Of a DNA stretch of 36,223 nt, positions 35,021 to 36,223 are shown in pieces. Numbering within the stretch: the stretch's first letter is position 1; every line of letters starts with the position of its first letter. The translations under genes were made by a program, and so were the position numbers. Location: positions 1-36,223 of the IMG/VR virus record IMGVR_UViG_3300024287_000090; one strand, given 5' to 3'. A model generated the notes under the pieces. It was not told where the DNA came from. It did no database searches and was given only the letters and a program-made list of their open reading frames with translations. This DNA comes from a virus. Its lineage: Duplodnaviria > Caudoviricetes.

Positions 35021-35326
35021 TTATAATTGTATCTTATCAGCCAAATCAGGATGAGTTTTTGATATCTCTTGTTTTAATTGTTCGGTTGTGAATTTAACTG
35101 TGTTTGTTTTCTTCTTGCGAGACCCTTTCTTTGGTCCAGGTTTCTTGCGTTCTTTAACGATAGCAACCTTTGCTCCTGACAGAGTTTCTCCTAATGAATT
35201 ATCAAGTTCTTCATCTGGTAAGTTTCTTTGGCGTAGATACTTCCATCTTAATTCTTCTACTTGCTCAACAAGAGCAAATAAATCTATTTGTATGCCTACG
35301 TCTTTTTGTTCAATTATTATTTTCAT
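35021..35326 (-). CDS. Hypothetical protein with basic AT-hook-like segment
   Basis: RKKPGPKKGSRKKK; TAAGGA RBS. Confidence 0.7.
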   Translation of the reverse strand: MKIIIEQKDVGIQIDLFALVEQVEELRWKYLRQRNLPDEELDNSLGETLSGAKVAIVKERKKPGPKKGSRKKKTNTVKFTTEQLKQEISKTHPDLADKIQL

Positions 35327-35335
35327 TTATTATCC

Positions 35336-35533
35336 TTAATTGTATATTTTTATATTAACGCATTTAATTTCTTTACGCATTTCGGTTTTCTGTGCTGAAT
35401 AATTAATGGATTCAATGTCGTATACATAAGACGGTTCATTAAATTCGTGATATCCAGAACTAGATGCCAAAACCATTACTTCGTTGTTACCATTGTACTT
35501 ACTGAGTTCCTCAATTAATTCTTTAACTGTCAT
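35336..35533 (-). CDS. Small hypothetical protein (MTVKELIEEL... family)
   Basis: Start at ATG 35533 by ATGA overlap and paralogy with 845-1003. Confidence 0.8.
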   Translation of the reverse strand: MTVKELIEELSKYNGNNEVMVLASSSGYHEFNEPSYVYDIESINYSAQKTEMRKEIKCVNIKIYN

Positions 35534-35934
35534 TCCGGGATCTCCATCCATTCTTGCCATGAGTTAAAATCAATCTCGGTAATTCCTGGAATATTGTTGT
35601 AACCAATCATTTCATAGCAATAGATACCTCTAATCTTGCCGTTGCCTCTTACGATAAAATATGATCCTAACTTCGGTTTTATGCTTGTTGACTTCCATGG
35701 TGATTTCTTCACCTTCTTCTTCGGTGGCTTAGGCATTGGACGCCATTGGATTCCTATCGCTTCGTATGGAAATTTGCAAAACCTATTGCCAAATATCTCC
35801 ATAATTCTATCGTCACGACATCTCTCCCACCAACAGGACTGAAATGATTTTTTACTATTATTGGCGATGAAATCTTTTTGCTCAGGTGGCCACGTGCTCT
35901 CATCTTCTGTTATTGTTGTCCATTTTATTTTCAT
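35530..35934 (-). CDS. Hypothetical protein with two DUF551-like units
   Basis: Paralog of 1000-1494 with identical termini. Confidence 0.75.
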   Translation of the reverse strand: MKIKWTTITEDESTWPPEQKDFIANNSKKSFQSCWWERCRDDRIMEIFGNRFCKFPYEAIGIQWRPMPKPPKKKVKKSPWKSTSIKPKLGSYFIVRGNGKIRGIYCYEMIGYNNIPGITEIDFNSWQEWMEIPE

Positions 35935-36223
35935 GCGTTCACCATGAAACTCTGTTTCGATAATTCCTCTGTCAGATTCTTAATCCAGTCTCGTGCTTCT
36001 TTTGTCTTAACCTTGTCAATCAACTCAGCCAATCCCTTAAATGCCCTATCTGTTTGCTCTTTGGTGAGTTCACAAATTCGTAGGCCATTGAATTCTGCAA
36101 GTTCCGGGAACGTATCGCAGAATATATCAGGTATGTAGTCAGGACTATCTGTAATAGGTGGCAAAGAGATCTTAGGCTTGACTCCTGGCTTCGGTATCTC
36201 TGTTTTGGGTATAACAACCACAA
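35931..36223 (-). CDS. bet: C-terminal part of Bet recombinase (continues from 1-848)
   Basis: Same reading frame across the circular join. Confidence 0.85.
   Translation of the reverse strand, partial: VVVIPKTEIPKPGVKPKISLPPITDSPDYIPDIFCDTFPELAEFNGLRICELTKEQTDRAFKGLAELIDKVKTKEARDWIKNLTEELSKQSFMVNA
36088..36213. repeat. Terminal direct repeat, right copy
   Basis: Identical to 1-126. Confidence 0.95.

Noticed and set aside
35931-36221. Stand-alone 96-aa ORF in the track
   Set aside because: It is the in-frame C-terminus of bet across the circular join
1-36223. Stop-codon reassignment
   Set aside because: Long genes are intact under the standard code, and TAA, TAG and TGA all end genes at sensible boundaries

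Overview
The window looks like a complete, circularly assembled tailed-phage genome of about 36,087 bp. Positions 36088-36213 repeat 1-126 exactly, and a Bet/Red-beta recombinase gene reads in frame across the join. The architecture is podovirus-like. A long minus-strand late region (32135 to 4680) encodes TerS, a block of small accessory genes, TerL, portal, scaffold, three tandem paralogous virion proteins, major capsid protein, a LamG-domain protein, a lysis cassette, head-tail adaptor, an apparently split tail nozzle, a C1q-like tail protein and four probable ejection proteins. Early genes include bet, a Cro-like HTH, VRR-NUC nuclease, dUTPase, SSB, an RHH regulator and a possible helicase loader. 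No integrase, DNA polymerase or CRISPR array was recognised. The most unusual signals are: (1) accessory genes joined by short repeated coding junctions, including a DUF551-like gene pair duplicated on both sides of bet; (2) two tandem promoter-terminator units upstream of terS, one of which would make a small RNA whose 5' end is antisense to ribosome-binding sites of the phage's own genes; (3) a tRNA-like gene with a shortened anticodon arm; (4) a triplicated gene before the capsid gene; (5) a split nozzle gene carrying NHL repeats; (6) a shared palindromic operator and several leaderless promoters. All functional calls come from reading motifs by eye; no searches were run.
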